Virus record (IMG/VR): IMGVR_UViG_2908567220_000003 | Strand: one strand, 5' to 3' | From: a virus | Lineage: Duplodnaviria > Heunggongvirae > Uroviricota > Caudoviricetes | Length of the DNA stretch: 61,488 nucleotides | Part shown: positions 38,519 through 47,774 of the stretch, in pieces | Numbering within the stretch: the stretch's first letter is position 1 | How the letters are laid out: each line of letters opens with the position of its first letter | Translations under genes and position numbers: made by a program | Notes under the pieces: generated by a model | The model's input: the letters and a program-made list of their open reading frames with translations, nothing else | The model's database searches: none | What the model was told of the DNA's origin: nothing

Positions 38519-39546
38519 TTGGTAAAAAAATTCACCCGCGCAGAGACCTGCTCCTTCGCTTTTTTCGCCAGACGACGCAGATCATCCCAGCGTTTACAGA
38601 TGCCCAGGCCAGGATTCGCTTTCTGCCAGACCGTTTCATCAAACGGATCATCTCCCTCATCGAGCGTGTAAATGATCGCAAAGTAGGAGTCGTCTTTTAC
38701 CGCGCCCTCCACGTCGCTGTTATAGCCTCGCAATACCTTAATGGCGTAATCGCGCTGCTCGTAGCAAATCCCTTCCTTGTTAAAGCCAGCCGTGGTGATG
38801 CCAAATAACAGAGACTGCAGACGGGCACCGGTTGCCGTTTCCAGAACGTCCCACACGTCACGGGTTTTATGAGCATGCAGCTCATCAATAATGGCACAGT
38901 GGATGTTCAGACCGTCCAGGTTGTTTGCATCCGAGGAAAGCGGTTCAAATTTTGATGCGCTCTGCTCCTGGTAAATCGCCAGCTTGTTGAAGTCAAACAA
39001 CCGCCCGAGTGTCGACCGGGCTTTTCTGACCATATTTTTGGCGTCTTCAAACACAATTCTGGCCTGGTCACGCGTGGTTGCGGCTGAATACACCTCAGCC
39101 CCGCCTTCACCATCTGCCCCCGTCATATACAGACCGATACCCGATGACAGGGTTGATTTTGCGTTTTTACGGGCAACTTCGTTGTATGCTGTCCGGAACC
39201 GGCGCACCATCACCGGGCGTCCACTGCCATCGCTGCGCATGACAACTTCCCCGGTTTCTTCATTCACCAGCGGAATGACAAAACCAAAAATATTAATGAG
39301 GATAAACACATGCCAGTCCATCAACTCAATGGGCTGACCTGCCAGCGCCCCTTTCACATGGGGTACAAATTTGTAGAAATTAAGGATGTGCTGTGCACGA
39401 GGTTCACTGAAATAAATCCCCCGCTCTTCGCCGTACTTCAGATCATCAAGAAAACGCTGGCAGGCCAGACGGACAAATTCGCCAGCAACAATTTCTCCTG
39501 CAACAACACGTTCGGCGTAGCGGATCCCGTCAGCCACTTTTGCCAT
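38519..39546 (-). pseudogene. terL: terminase large subunit, N-terminal (ATPase) fragment of the interrupted prophage terL
   Basis: first ~345 codons of track ORF 37123..39546 align to N-terminal half of TerL 21083..22744 up to the FFTKK motif; ATG overlaps terS stop. Confidence 0.8.
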
Positions 39547-40028
39547 CAGTCTCTCGCTTTTAAAAGCTCTGCCAGCGGATCAACATCATCCGGTCCGGCG
39601 GTATTTACTTTCGCCCGGCTTGCCGGTGACATACCAAACTCTGCAAGCATCGCCCGAATCCGCTTCCAGGCATCAGCCTTCATCGCAGCAGCCGGGTGTG
39701 CCTTGATCAGCACATCGCCATTCTGCGTTTCCGTGCGGTAGGTATAACCCTCAACATCGAGTATTTCGCAGTGATGCCGGTATTCGGTGTAGGCTTCCAC
39801 CAGTAACTCGAGCGCACGTGCATCGAGCTGAGAAATGATCCCTTCCGCATTCAGCTCTTCCGCCATTCGCCTGAACCAGTACTTCCCCTGCGCCCCTAAA
39901 TGTTGCGGAATTTTAGGGAGACATTTTTCATCCTTTTTAGCGGTTTTTTTTGGGTCTTTAACGGGGCGCTTTGAGGGGTTGCCTCGTATCAAATGCAGGC
40001 GTGGCGGGGTTTTCAGGGGTCCTGACAT
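39546..40028 (-). CDS. terS: terminase small subunit, P27 family (prophage copy)
   Basis: 160-aa ORF directly upstream of terL N-fragment; ATG verified. Confidence 0.75.
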   Translation of the reverse strand: MSGPLKTPPRLHLIRGNPSKRPVKDPKKTAKKDEKCLPKIPQHLGAQGKYWFRRMAEELNAEGIISQLDARALELLVEAYTEYRHHCEILDVEGYTYRTETQNGDVLIKAHPAAAMKADAWKRIRAMLAEFGMSPASRAKVNTAGPDDVDPLAELLKARD

Positions 40029-40175
40029 AATTGGTTTTACCTATCAATCATTTAATCACATTCCAATAAAAAGTTTTCGAACCTGCGGCGATGCGAGGAA
40101 AGGTCAGGCGGCGGTACTGAGCAGCCAGGGTTGCAGAGATTTGACCTGCCCCTCCCCTACAGATGGGAACTGTTA

Positions 40176-40526
40176 TCAATTGATGCGTTCGCGCGCTGTT
40201 TTTGCTTTATGACAGGGCCAGCACAGACTCTGCAGGTTACTGTCTGCATCCGTGCCACCATGAGCTTTCGGAATGATGTGGTCCACAGTTCTGGCTTCAA
40301 CGGCTCTCCCATTGCGCAGGCAGTTCTGACACAGATGATTATCACGCTTCAGTATGCGCGCACGTATGGCATCCCATTTCGAGCCATAGCCACGCTGGTG
40401 GCGGCTCAGTCCGCGTTGATGCTGTACCCATCCTTCGCCACGATGTTTATCGCAGTAACCAGAACTGTCTGTGGTTGTACCTGCACATCCACGCTTACGG
40501 CAGGCGCGTGGGATTCGTGGGGGCAT
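40176..40526 (-). CDS. HNH endonuclease (packaging-associated, prophage copy)
   Basis: ATG at 40526 (MPPRIPRACRKRGC) inside track ORF 40176..40625; paralog of 23373..23813. Confidence 0.75.
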   Translation of the reverse strand: MPPRIPRACRKRGCAGTTTDSSGYCDKHRGEGWVQHQRGLSRHQRGYGSKWDAIRARILKRDNHLCQNCLRNGRAVEARTVDHIIPKAHGGTDADSNLQSLCWPCHKAKTARERIN

Positions 40527-41051
40527 ATGTACTCCAATGAAGAAGCCACCGACATAGCCTCCTCCATTCATAGTGAAACTATTTTCATCTACCCAGTAAT
40601 GAATTCTTTGTAGAGTTGTGATCAATACAACTCACTAATGGAGAGGCTTGTCCAACACGTTGGACAAGTTTCCTGTTTGATTTACTGGACACTATAGAAG
40701 GACAGAATGCCTTCATCACTCGAATAACATCAATTAAGGAGGTTCAACATGTTTCATTCCACAAATCATCAGGCTGTAATTATGGCTGCATCAGCTTGTG
40801 CCACAGACCTTTTCCGCTTCACTTTGAGCCTGATTCATTTCTACCTGACCGGCTCGCCTCTATCTTTTTAATCCCCGCTTTATCCAAATTGCATTGCCAG
40901 AATGCCGACAACAGACTGACATTCAAATCCTGACTACCTCCGATAGGCTGAGCATCCACCTATATAGTTTTAATTTTCATCAATCCATTTAACTATCGTT
41001 TAATTGTTGTCACATAGGATTCTGCCGTTTTTAACAATGCAGGATAATAAG

Positions 41052-41345
41052 ATGAAAAAAATGTTGTTTTCTGCCGCTCTGGCAATGCTTATTACAGGAT
41101 GTGCTCAACAGACGTTTACTGTTGGAAACAAACCGACAGCAGTAACACCAAAGGAAACCATCACCCATCATTTCTTCGTTTCGGGAATTGGACAGGAGAA
41201 AACTGTTGATGCAGCCAAAATTTGTGGCGGCGCAGAAAATGTTGTTAAAACAGAAACCCAGCAAACATTCGTAAATGGATTTCTCGGTTTTATTACTTTA
41301 GGCATTTATACTCCACTGGAAGCGCGTGTGTATTGCTCACAATAA
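41052..41345 (+). CDS. bor: Bor/Iss-family lipoprotein
   Basis: ATG at 41052 (MKKMLFSAALAMLITGC lipobox) inside track ORF 41004..41345; opposite strand to late genes as in lambda. Confidence 0.85.
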   Translation: MKKMLFSAALAMLITGCAQQTFTVGNKPTAVTPKETITHHFFVSGIGQEKTVDAAKICGGAENVVKTETQQTFVNGFLGFITLGIYTPLEARVYCSQ

Positions 41346-41376
41346 TTGCATGAGTTGCCCATCGATATGGGCAGCT

Positions 41377-41838
41377 CTATCTGCACTGCTCATTAATATA
41401 CTTCTGGGTTCCTTCCAGTTGTTTTTGCATAGTGATCAGCCTCTCTCTGAGGGTGAAATAATCCCGTTCAGCGGTGTCTGCCAGTCGGGGGCTGGTTGCA
41501 TTATCCACGCCGGAGGCGGTGGTGGCTTCACGCACTGACTGACAGACTGCTTTGATGTGCAACCGACGACGACCAGCGGCAACATCAGCGCGCAGAGTTT
41601 CATTTTCAGCTTTCGCATTGGCTAATTCTCTCGAGTACTTTGCATCGAGTGCAGCAACATCACGCTGACGCTGCTGCATGTCAGCGATAGTGGCGATCGC
41701 CTGCTTCAGCTCACTGACTTTTTTATCACGCTGTTCTTTGTAGGCGATGGCGTTATCACGGTAATGATTGACCGCCCACGACAGGCAGACGATGATGCAG
41801 ATAACCAAAGCATAAATAATCGCGGCGACTCTGCTCAC
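41377..41838 (-). CDS. Rz: i-spanin Rz
   Basis: lambda Rz-like; track start 41853 is TTG; GTG at 41838 overlaps R stop (GTGA). Confidence 0.8.
   Translation of the reverse strand: MSRVAAIIYALVICIIVCLSWAVNHYRDNAIAYKEQRDKKVSELKQAIATIADMQQRQRDVAALDAKYSRELANAKAENETLRADVAAGRRRLHIKAVCQSVREATTASGVDNATSPRLADTAERDYFTLRERLITMQKQLEGTQKYINEQCR
41436..41618 (-). CDS. Rz1: o-spanin Rz1 lipoprotein embedded in Rz
   Basis: 60-aa ORF in +1 frame inside Rz; lipobox LVVVGC and proline-rich stretch; ATG verified. Confidence 0.8.
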   Translation of the reverse strand: MRKLKMKLCALMLPLVVVGCTSKQSVSQCVKPPPPPAWIMQPAPDWQTPLNGIISPSERG

Positions 41839-42368
41839 TGCTCTATCCCCCAACAGGCTAATGCGCTTTCCTGGTCACGACGAATAACCTGTCCATAGCA
41901 GTTATTTGAACGTATGCGGCAATCGCGCCCACCATCTTTTATCCACCAGCGAATCGCCTCGCATGCGCCCTTACGATCACCGGCATTCAGCCGCTTATAA
42001 AACGTCGACGGGAAACACTTACCGGGGCCAATGTTATAGGGACAGAATGACGCTATACCCGCTTTTTGTGGTTCGGTCAGTGGTACTTTAATATTGCGCT
42101 CCACCCATGCCAGCGCCTTATCACGCTCAATGGCGTTGACCTGGTCGCATTTTTCCTTCGACAGTTTCATACCGGGAAAAACGGGTTTTCCATCCACCAT
42201 CGTGGCACCCCGACAGATGGTCCAGATGCCGGACCCATCGCGGTATGCCGTTGTGTGGTTACCTTCTTTTTCATCCAGAAACTGGTCGAGAATATCAGGC
42301 GCGGGCGCACAGACGGCAATCAGTGCCAGAACGGCAGCCGACAGGCCGTATCTGATTTTTGCGTTCAT
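41835..42368 (-). CDS. R: SAR endolysin (lysozyme with N-terminal signal-anchor-release segment)
   Basis: 177-aa ORF with hydrophobic N-terminus and lysozyme catalytic region ([22 protein letters not shown]); ATG verified. Confidence 0.8.
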   Translation of the reverse strand: MNAKIRYGLSAAVLALIAVCAPAPDILDQFLDEKEGNHTTAYRDGSGIWTICRGATMVDGKPVFPGMKLSKEKCDQVNAIERDKALAWVERNIKVPLTEPQKAGIASFCPYNIGPGKCFPSTFYKRLNAGDRKGACEAIRWWIKDGGRDCRIRSNNCYGQVIRRDQESALACWGIEQ

Positions 42369-42431
42369 GGATATTTATCAGGATTTATCGGTTTCTGCCC
42401 ACGGACAGGTTTATCTGTTCCGGTCAGTGAC

Positions 42432-42782
42432 TTAAGGTTGTGATTCCGGAGGAGTCTTCAGAGAACCAGTAATTCTTCCCGGTAGCTTTCCTTTGTAGGT
42501 TATCCATACATTCTGCGCCTCTAAAATTACGGGGCGCTTTTCCGGCGACTGCTCATCCCCTTCACATAACCCGGCAGCAACATCCAGGAAGACCTGTCTG
42601 ATGCTCATTCTGGCTGCTGCCTCATAAAACTCCAGCGCGGCACCTTCAACACGGTCCAGCGAGATGTCCAGGTCAAAAATTTCACCGTCAAAGCGTTTTT
42701 TGTCCCGTAACGCTAAAGTTACCGTAACTTTATTCTCAAAATTGCGGATCCCTTTCACAATCAGTTCATAGTTTTGAGTCAT
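42432..42782 (-). CDS. hypothetical protein between holin and endolysin
   Basis: 116-aa ORF, ATG verified. Confidence 0.4.
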   Translation of the reverse strand: MTQNYELIVKGIRNFENKVTVTLALRDKKRFDGEIFDLDISLDRVEGAALEFYEAAARMSIRQVFLDVAAGLCEGDEQSPEKRPVILEAQNVWITYKGKLPGRITGSLKTPPESQP

Positions 42783-42786
42783 TGAA

Positions 42787-43002
42787 TTACTCTCCCCGTG
42801 CCGCCTTACGACGGTCCTCTCTGATTTTGAAATACAGGTTAGTCAGATATGTCAGCAGCCCAAACAGCAGACTCCCCAGCACGCCTATTGCCGCCCACTG
42901 AGACGGGGAAACCCTGTCCAGCAACTGCAGGAACCAGTAGCCCGTTCCCACCGCTGACGTGGTGTATGACACACCTGTTGTGATTTTTTCCATCTGGTCC
43001 AT
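42787..43002 (-). CDS. S: holin (phage 21 S-like pinholin) with dual-start motif
   Basis: ATG at 43002 (MDQMEKI) inside track ORF 42787..43107; two TM segments, charged C-terminus. Confidence 0.8.
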   Translation of the reverse strand: MDQMEKITTGVSYTTSAVGTGYWFLQLLDRVSPSQWAAIGVLGSLLFGLLTYLTNLYFKIREDRRKAARGE

Positions 43003-43309
43003 ACCCCGTCTCCCGTTATCCGGAAGCTGACAACAATAAAAAAGCCACCAGTTAACTACTGATGGCTCTGATAACTCATGCAAGCGTCTCAGACGACCCA
43101 CTGACACTACCGGTGAGTTTAACGATATCTTCCATTTGACTGGCTCACTTTTTATGATGATGCCGGTGCATTTATCTCCAGCACCAGACTTTCTATCTCA
43201 ACGCCATACGTTGCATTTTTGGTAATATCCGTCAGCGTCAGTGCATTTAGTCCCACTGCCAGACTGTCTTTTATGGCCTGGAATGCCGGGCCAGTACGAT
43301 GACGTAGTA

Positions 43310-43513
43310 TCACTCCGGCTCAGTTGCACCACTGACCACCACATCACCTTCTGCTGCAATCGCCTGCATCAGGGTATAAGGGGTTATGGCCACCGGACTA
43401 CCAAACGGCTGCCAGCCCTCTTTCAGTTTATGTGTCAGCTTTTCCGCAAGATCTGACGGCGGCGCCGCCCTGACAACATCATAGTGTTTAAATGCCATGG
43501 TTCTTTCCACCAT
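43310..43513 (-). CDS. hypothetical protein (YdfR-like)
   Basis: 67-aa ORF; ATGs at 43513 and 43498; possibly truncated. Confidence 0.4.
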   Translation of the reverse strand: MVERTMAFKHYDVVRAAPPSDLAEKLTHKLKEGWQPFGSPVAITPYTLMQAIAAEGDVVVSGATEPE

Positions 43514-43758
43514 CTGAAAAATAATTCTTTAAAATACCAGACATGTAACACAGAAAAAACACAAAACCATACCTTAAATAGAAACCTGATCATCAAGCAG
43601 ATATGCATGGATAAACTACAAGACGAGATATAAACCACCCTGCATTTAAATAAACAATAAACAACATCAGAAAAATAATTCTGCTCTATGGTTTATATTC
43701 AAAAATATCATTTATACTTTTCAGAACATCACCAGCAAGGCATAAACAAGGAAGCTAA

Positions 43759-44094
43759 ATGAAGTGGATTGTGATTGATACAGTTATCCAGCCATCATGC
43801 GGAATATCTTTTTCAGTCATATGGAGTAAAGTAAAATTAATAATCTGGTATCAATCGGATGCTTTCTTACCTCCTGAAAGTATATTTACACTGACTCACA
43901 CAGGTATCATGCTCAATAACAAAGTGCTACCTGTAACCATTTACAACGTAGTACCATTCAATAAAACATTCTGGAATTTAATCAAAAACAGCCAGGAATG
44001 CCCTACAAATACAGATAACGTATTGAATGAATGCTTTAATAACCGTTGCACTCTGCAAATATGTCCTTATGGACTAAAACAACAAAGTCCATAA
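43759..44094 (+). CDS. hypothetical protein (AT-rich moron)
   Basis: 111-aa ORF with AAGGAAG RBS, opposite strand to late genes. Confidence 0.35.
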   Translation: MKWIVIDTVIQPSCGISFSVIWSKVKLIIWYQSDAFLPPESIFTLTHTGIMLNNKVLPVTIYNVVPFNKTFWNLIKNSQECPTNTDNVLNECFNNRCTLQICPYGLKQQSP

Positions 44095-44541
44095 GGAGTT
44101 TACTCACATCTGACAAAATCAATATAAACAGCCCCTCCGGAGAGGGGCTGGAGAGTGGCGCTATGTGCCATTGCATGGTGCCGGGTGCCTCCCGGTGAAT
44201 TCAGTACCAGCACCTGAATCCGCGATTATCCCATATACCTACTCGCTGATTGCCCCTCCGCACAGGGGGATTCACCATGCCAGTTTCTTTTAACAAACTC
44301 CCCGCAAACCAGACAACAGTCAACCGCCTGAATTGTGAAGTATTTAAAAATTTCTCCCGCTAACTGATACCCGGCTAACAGTCTGGCGTTTTCTTTTTCA
44401 GCAACGGGAAAGCAACAACCACCACACCCGCCACCAGCACACCGTCAGCCAGCACTGACATTATCCGGCTGCTGCAATGCCACTCACAAAAACAGTAAGC
44501 AATCACTTTTTACCGTAACAAGTGATAATCCAGATATGTAT

Positions 44542-44868
44542 CTACCCCAGATGAGTAATCCGAAGTTCATCCATACCACAGGTACTGGCTATTCTGTTGT
44601 ACTCCTGAACAAGAGCAAATAATTCTGAATTAGCAACCATGAACTCATCGCAAACCCTCTGTATAGCATCACTATTCAGAATAATAACGTCTCTTCCCGA
44701 AAGACGATCAGGAGTACAGAACAAAACTGCCAAACGGCTGAAGGCCTTTGCTCGTCCTGCATTGACTATATCAATACGCTGCCTAAGGATGAAACACCCC
44801 GACGCCTCATCAATATTCACTCTACCCACACCATATGAATGATAAATATTTAATGCTGAAAAAACCAT
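44542..44868 (-). CDS. hypothetical protein (moron downstream of phage tRNAs)
   Basis: track ORF 44542..44895 starts at TTG; first ATG at 44868; AT-rich. Confidence 0.35.
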   Translation of the reverse strand: MVFSALNIYHSYGVGRVNIDEASGCFILRQRIDIVNAGRAKAFSRLAVLFCTPDRLSGRDVIILNSDAIQRVCDEFMVANSELFALVQEYNRIASTCGMDELRITHLG

Positions 44869-45008
44869 TAAACCGTATAACAAACACTCAATCAATACTT
44901 AACAGAACTTTTATTTTTGACAAACATAAAATATTTTCAACAATATCCTGAGCCAGGTATATTTCAGTATAAGGCTCTGCCGGAAGGAATCTGGAAGAAT
45001 GAATATAG

Positions 45009-45082
45009 CGCGCTGTACTGGATTCGAACCAGTGACCGATTGCTTAGAAGGCAATTGCTCTGTCCGGCTGAGCTAACAACGC
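45009..45082 (-). tRNA. tRNA-Arg (anticodon UCU)
   Basis: manual fold: 7-bp acceptor stem, D arm GCTC/GAGC, anticodon loop CTTCTAA, T loop GGTTCGAATCC; no encoded CCA. Confidence 0.75.
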
Positions 45083-45183
45083 TGAATACCGATAATGGAC
45101 CGCCATCGGGGACCCGCCCCCGCACCAACAACCCTGTTATCGTGTCGTCTGCTCTTCCTGATAAGCTAATGGCGGTTTGTGAT

Positions 45184-45258
45184 GGTGGCCCTTGCTGGAT
45201 TTGAACCAGCGACCTGGCGATTATGAGTCGCTCGCTCTCACCACTGAGCTAAAGGGCC
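45184..45258 (-). tRNA. tRNA with anticodon CAU (Ile2/Met type, ileX-like)
   Basis: manual fold: acceptor GGCCCTT, anticodon loop CTCATAA, T loop GGTTCAAATCC, encoded CCA. Confidence 0.75.
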
Positions 45259-45401
45259 GGGAGCAGAATAATAACGGTCCGTAATTAATTCCGCAATAAA
45301 AAACCCGCTCGGCGGCGGGTTGTAGAAACTCTTCTAACGTCAGGCATAAAAAGCCCATTGTTATGACGAATTTACCACAGATTCCGGAAAAATCAACCTT
45401 G

Positions 45402-46223
45402 TTACCTAGTTACCTTTTTTAACTGCCGCTCAGCCCATGCTTCTTCAATATCAAACCGGGTCACCAGCGCATCATAGAATTTCTTAACTGTTTTTTCCCA
45501 TGACGCGCGTGTTATCTGGTTTGTCACCTCGCATATAGCATTAAATGCCTCCGTTGATGGTAGTCTTTCATAGCCACGACCACCACAACGCTGGCAGTCT
45601 CTGATAACAGGCATACCACGTTTTACCGACTCTTCACGATGAATGGCGACACCACGCCCACGGCAATCCTTACAGGCGGTGGAAACCTCACCCTTTCCGC
45701 CACACTCCGGACAGGCAACTTTTACCACCTCCCTGACTTTTTTCCATTCTTCCCAGTAAGACGAATACACACCTTTCGTACACTTTGCCCATACCGGCGG
45801 CTTACCATCCGGATACTGGACCTTGTTTGTAAAAACTACGCTTTCAATAAATTTTTCCCCATAGCAACAAGGGCACTGCTTTTTACTCGCTGCGCTGCGG
45901 GCATAATCCTCAAAAGCGTACGAAGCCATAATGCGCATCACTACCGGTTTTATTTCTGCCGGAAGTTTTCTCAACGCCGCCACACGATCGCACCGACTGA
46001 GTGCATAATCTGCCAGTAATTCTGTTGCCCGCGCCCTGTCATTCATACTGATGCCCATTTTCCCCAGGAACGCAGAAAAACCCATCTCAGCCCGATTCTG
46101 TGTCATGCCCTGCGCGGCCATCACATCAGTGATACTCAGCGCATCTTTTGACGTTGAGGCCGATGCATCGGTCAGGCCAGGGGATTTTGGGGAGTAGTAT
46201 TTCGGTAAATCTTCCAGTTTCAT
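45402..46223 (-). CDS. Q: antitermination protein Q-like (zinc-binding)
   Basis: 273-aa ORF with CxxC clusters, between rusA and the tRNA/lysis region; ATG verified. Confidence 0.65.
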   Translation of the reverse strand: MKLEDLPKYYSPKSPGLTDASASTSKDALSITDVMAAQGMTQNRAEMGFSAFLGKMGISMNDRARATELLADYALSRCDRVAALRKLPAEIKPVVMRIMASYAFEDYARSAASKKQCPCCYGEKFIESVVFTNKVQYPDGKPPVWAKCTKGVYSSYWEEWKKVREVVKVACPECGGKGEVSTACKDCRGRGVAIHREESVKRGMPVIRDCQRCGGRGYERLPSTEAFNAICEVTNQITRASWEKTVKKFYDALVTRFDIEEAWAERQLKKVTR

Positions 46224-46237
46224 TTTTTGACCTGCTC

Positions 46238-46600
46238 TTAATGCATTATGGGGTAAATCTTCACCCCCAGACGTCCACCAGATACTGGCTGACCACGAAC
46301 GATATTGATTTCATCAAACTGCTCATCGTCCATTAACACTCCCGCATGCGTCAGCGCATCCAGCGGTGCTTTCAGGATATTGTCCAGGTCGCGACGACGC
46401 TTATCCGGTGGCTCTGCAATCACCTTTATCGCCAGCCTTCCGGACAGGTTTAATTTCAGCCGCTGCTGGCGAACAATTAGCGCCACATCACGGCGATAAC
46501 GCTTTCCGGCCTCCGAGATGAAATACGTATTGCCATGACGTCGCCAGTAGGTATTCACCGTCGGCGGGTAAGGCAAAACAAATTCTATGCGTTCAGTCAT
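46238..46600 (-). CDS. rusA: Holliday junction resolvase RusA
   Basis: 120-aa ORF, RusA-like sequence, upstream of Q; ATG verified. Confidence 0.8.
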   Translation of the reverse strand: MTERIEFVLPYPPTVNTYWRRHGNTYFISEAGKRYRRDVALIVRQQRLKLNLSGRLAIKVIAEPPDKRRRDLDNILKAPLDALTHAGVLMDDEQFDEINIVRGQPVSGGRLGVKIYPIMH

Positions 46601-47659
46601 TCATGCTTTCCACTTCAGGACACCCGAATTTCTCGCGTGCATTAAAAAACGAATCAGCAACAACAGCTGGCTGCCGTGTTTTTCTTCAAAATCTTTTACC
46701 CCGGCGTGCAGTTCGTTATGACATTTACGGCACAGCGGAATAACAAACAAATCATCAGCCTTTGTTCCCATACCTCCCAGGCCATGACCAATGATGTGAT
46801 GCGGATCATCTGCCTGATTACCGCACGTCATGCATTTCTGCGTTTTTACCCAGCGCGTGTATACAGGCATCTCTTCCCGTTGTGGTTTCTGGCGCTGGAG
46901 ATACTGAGCCGGAGACTCCGGATCAACGGCGATGCTTACTAACGTCTTTTCCTGGAGTGGGGGCTGTTGCTGGTGGACGTGAAGTGGCAGCGCAATATTT
47001 TTTGTGCGCTGCTTCAGTATGCTGGTGGCAGTCTGTTCTCCCGGTACGATGTCACTCTCACGGTATACGGAGCGGATTTTTTCCACCGGTAATCCCAGTG
47101 AACGACACAATACAGACTCCGGAAGCGCATCAGCCACCTGATTGCAGACCGCCCACCAGGATAATTCGGCCAGCGATAACTCCCTCTCCTGCGTACCGCT
47201 GATTGCGTGACGGATGACGTCAATCATCCATGCTGACAAGTTTTGGTGAGCAAGTTGCTCAAGTGATTCTGAGGTCTGGTCACGCAACTGGTTGTCGCAG
47301 TGCCAGCACAACACCATTGCGCCGGTACCATAACGGTGAATGACGGTTTCACTGTGGTGATAATCACCGTGTGGCCACTGGCAGGATTTAATATGGCGCA
47401 ACAGCCAGTCAGACAGTGCACCAGCGCCGCCAGCAGCACGAATCACACGCTCATTGCTGAAAAATGGCAGTAATGATTTATCCTCCGCCAGCGGCTGGCG
47501 AACGGCAGGGACGACTCCGGATGGCAGGCCGCACATGCTTTTCGGTTCCGGCTCCACCAGCACTCGAGGATTATGAAATATCTGTATGGATTCACGGCCC
47601 GGCTTAAGGACCACCAGCCCAAGCTCAGGCACCAGAACAGGTCTAAGTAATACCCGCAC
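46601..47659 (-). CDS. DUF968-family phage protein (HNH-like Cys/His motifs)
   Basis: 352-aa ORF; track start is GTG; IS66 copy 2 lies 30 bp upstream. Confidence 0.55.
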   Translation of the reverse strand: MRVLLRPVLVPELGLVVLKPGRESIQIFHNPRVLVEPEPKSMCGLPSGVVPAVRQPLAEDKSLLPFFSNERVIRAAGGAGALSDWLLRHIKSCQWPHGDYHHSETVIHRYGTGAMVLCWHCDNQLRDQTSESLEQLAHQNLSAWMIDVIRHAISGTQERELSLAELSWWAVCNQVADALPESVLCRSLGLPVEKIRSVYRESDIVPGEQTATSILKQRTKNIALPLHVHQQQPPLQEKTLVSIAVDPESPAQYLQRQKPQREEMPVYTRWVKTQKCMTCGNQADDPHHIIGHGLGGMGTKADDLFVIPLCRKCHNELHAGVKDFEEKHGSQLLLLIRFLMHARNSGVLKWKA

Positions 47660-47774
47660 GTTACCTCCAGATCCGTTGCTGGAAAGTGCGTAACCGTCTC
47701 ATTTAAACCGTCTTTCGCCTCCCTTTCCTGTTTCCGATACTAATGTCCATTTTCGCAGTAAAGGGACATTTAAG

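Larger units (their letters stand above)
20561..38525 (-). mobile_element. integrated capsid-forming satellite (cf-PICI-like element) inserted in prophage terL; includes a later IS66 insertion
   Basis: 7-bp direct repeat TTGGTAA at 20561..20567 and 38519..38525; own integrase, regulators, replication, capsid and packaging genes; no tail genes. Confidence 0.7.

Noticed and set aside
37123-39546. Single 807-aa ORF in the track
   Set aside because: Not one gene: a chimera of the interrupted terL N-terminal fragment and the element's integrase, joined by an open linker across the integration junction.
40029-40175. Possible cosN-like sequence (GCGGCGATGCGAGG) upstream of prophage terS
   Set aside because: Only a loose resemblance to the lambda cohesive-end sequence; HK97-type cos sites differ and I cannot define the ends from sequence alone.
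43241-43456. 71-aa plus-strand ORF
   Set aside because: Antisense to the YdfR-like gene, with no RBS.
45085-45170. Possible third tRNA between the two phage tRNAs
   Set aside because: A 7-bp acceptor-like pairing (CCGCCAT / ATGGCGG) and D-arm-like stem exist, but I could not fold a valid anticodon arm and the T loop (GCGGGTC) lacks the TTCRA consensus; likely a tRNA remnant or other structure.
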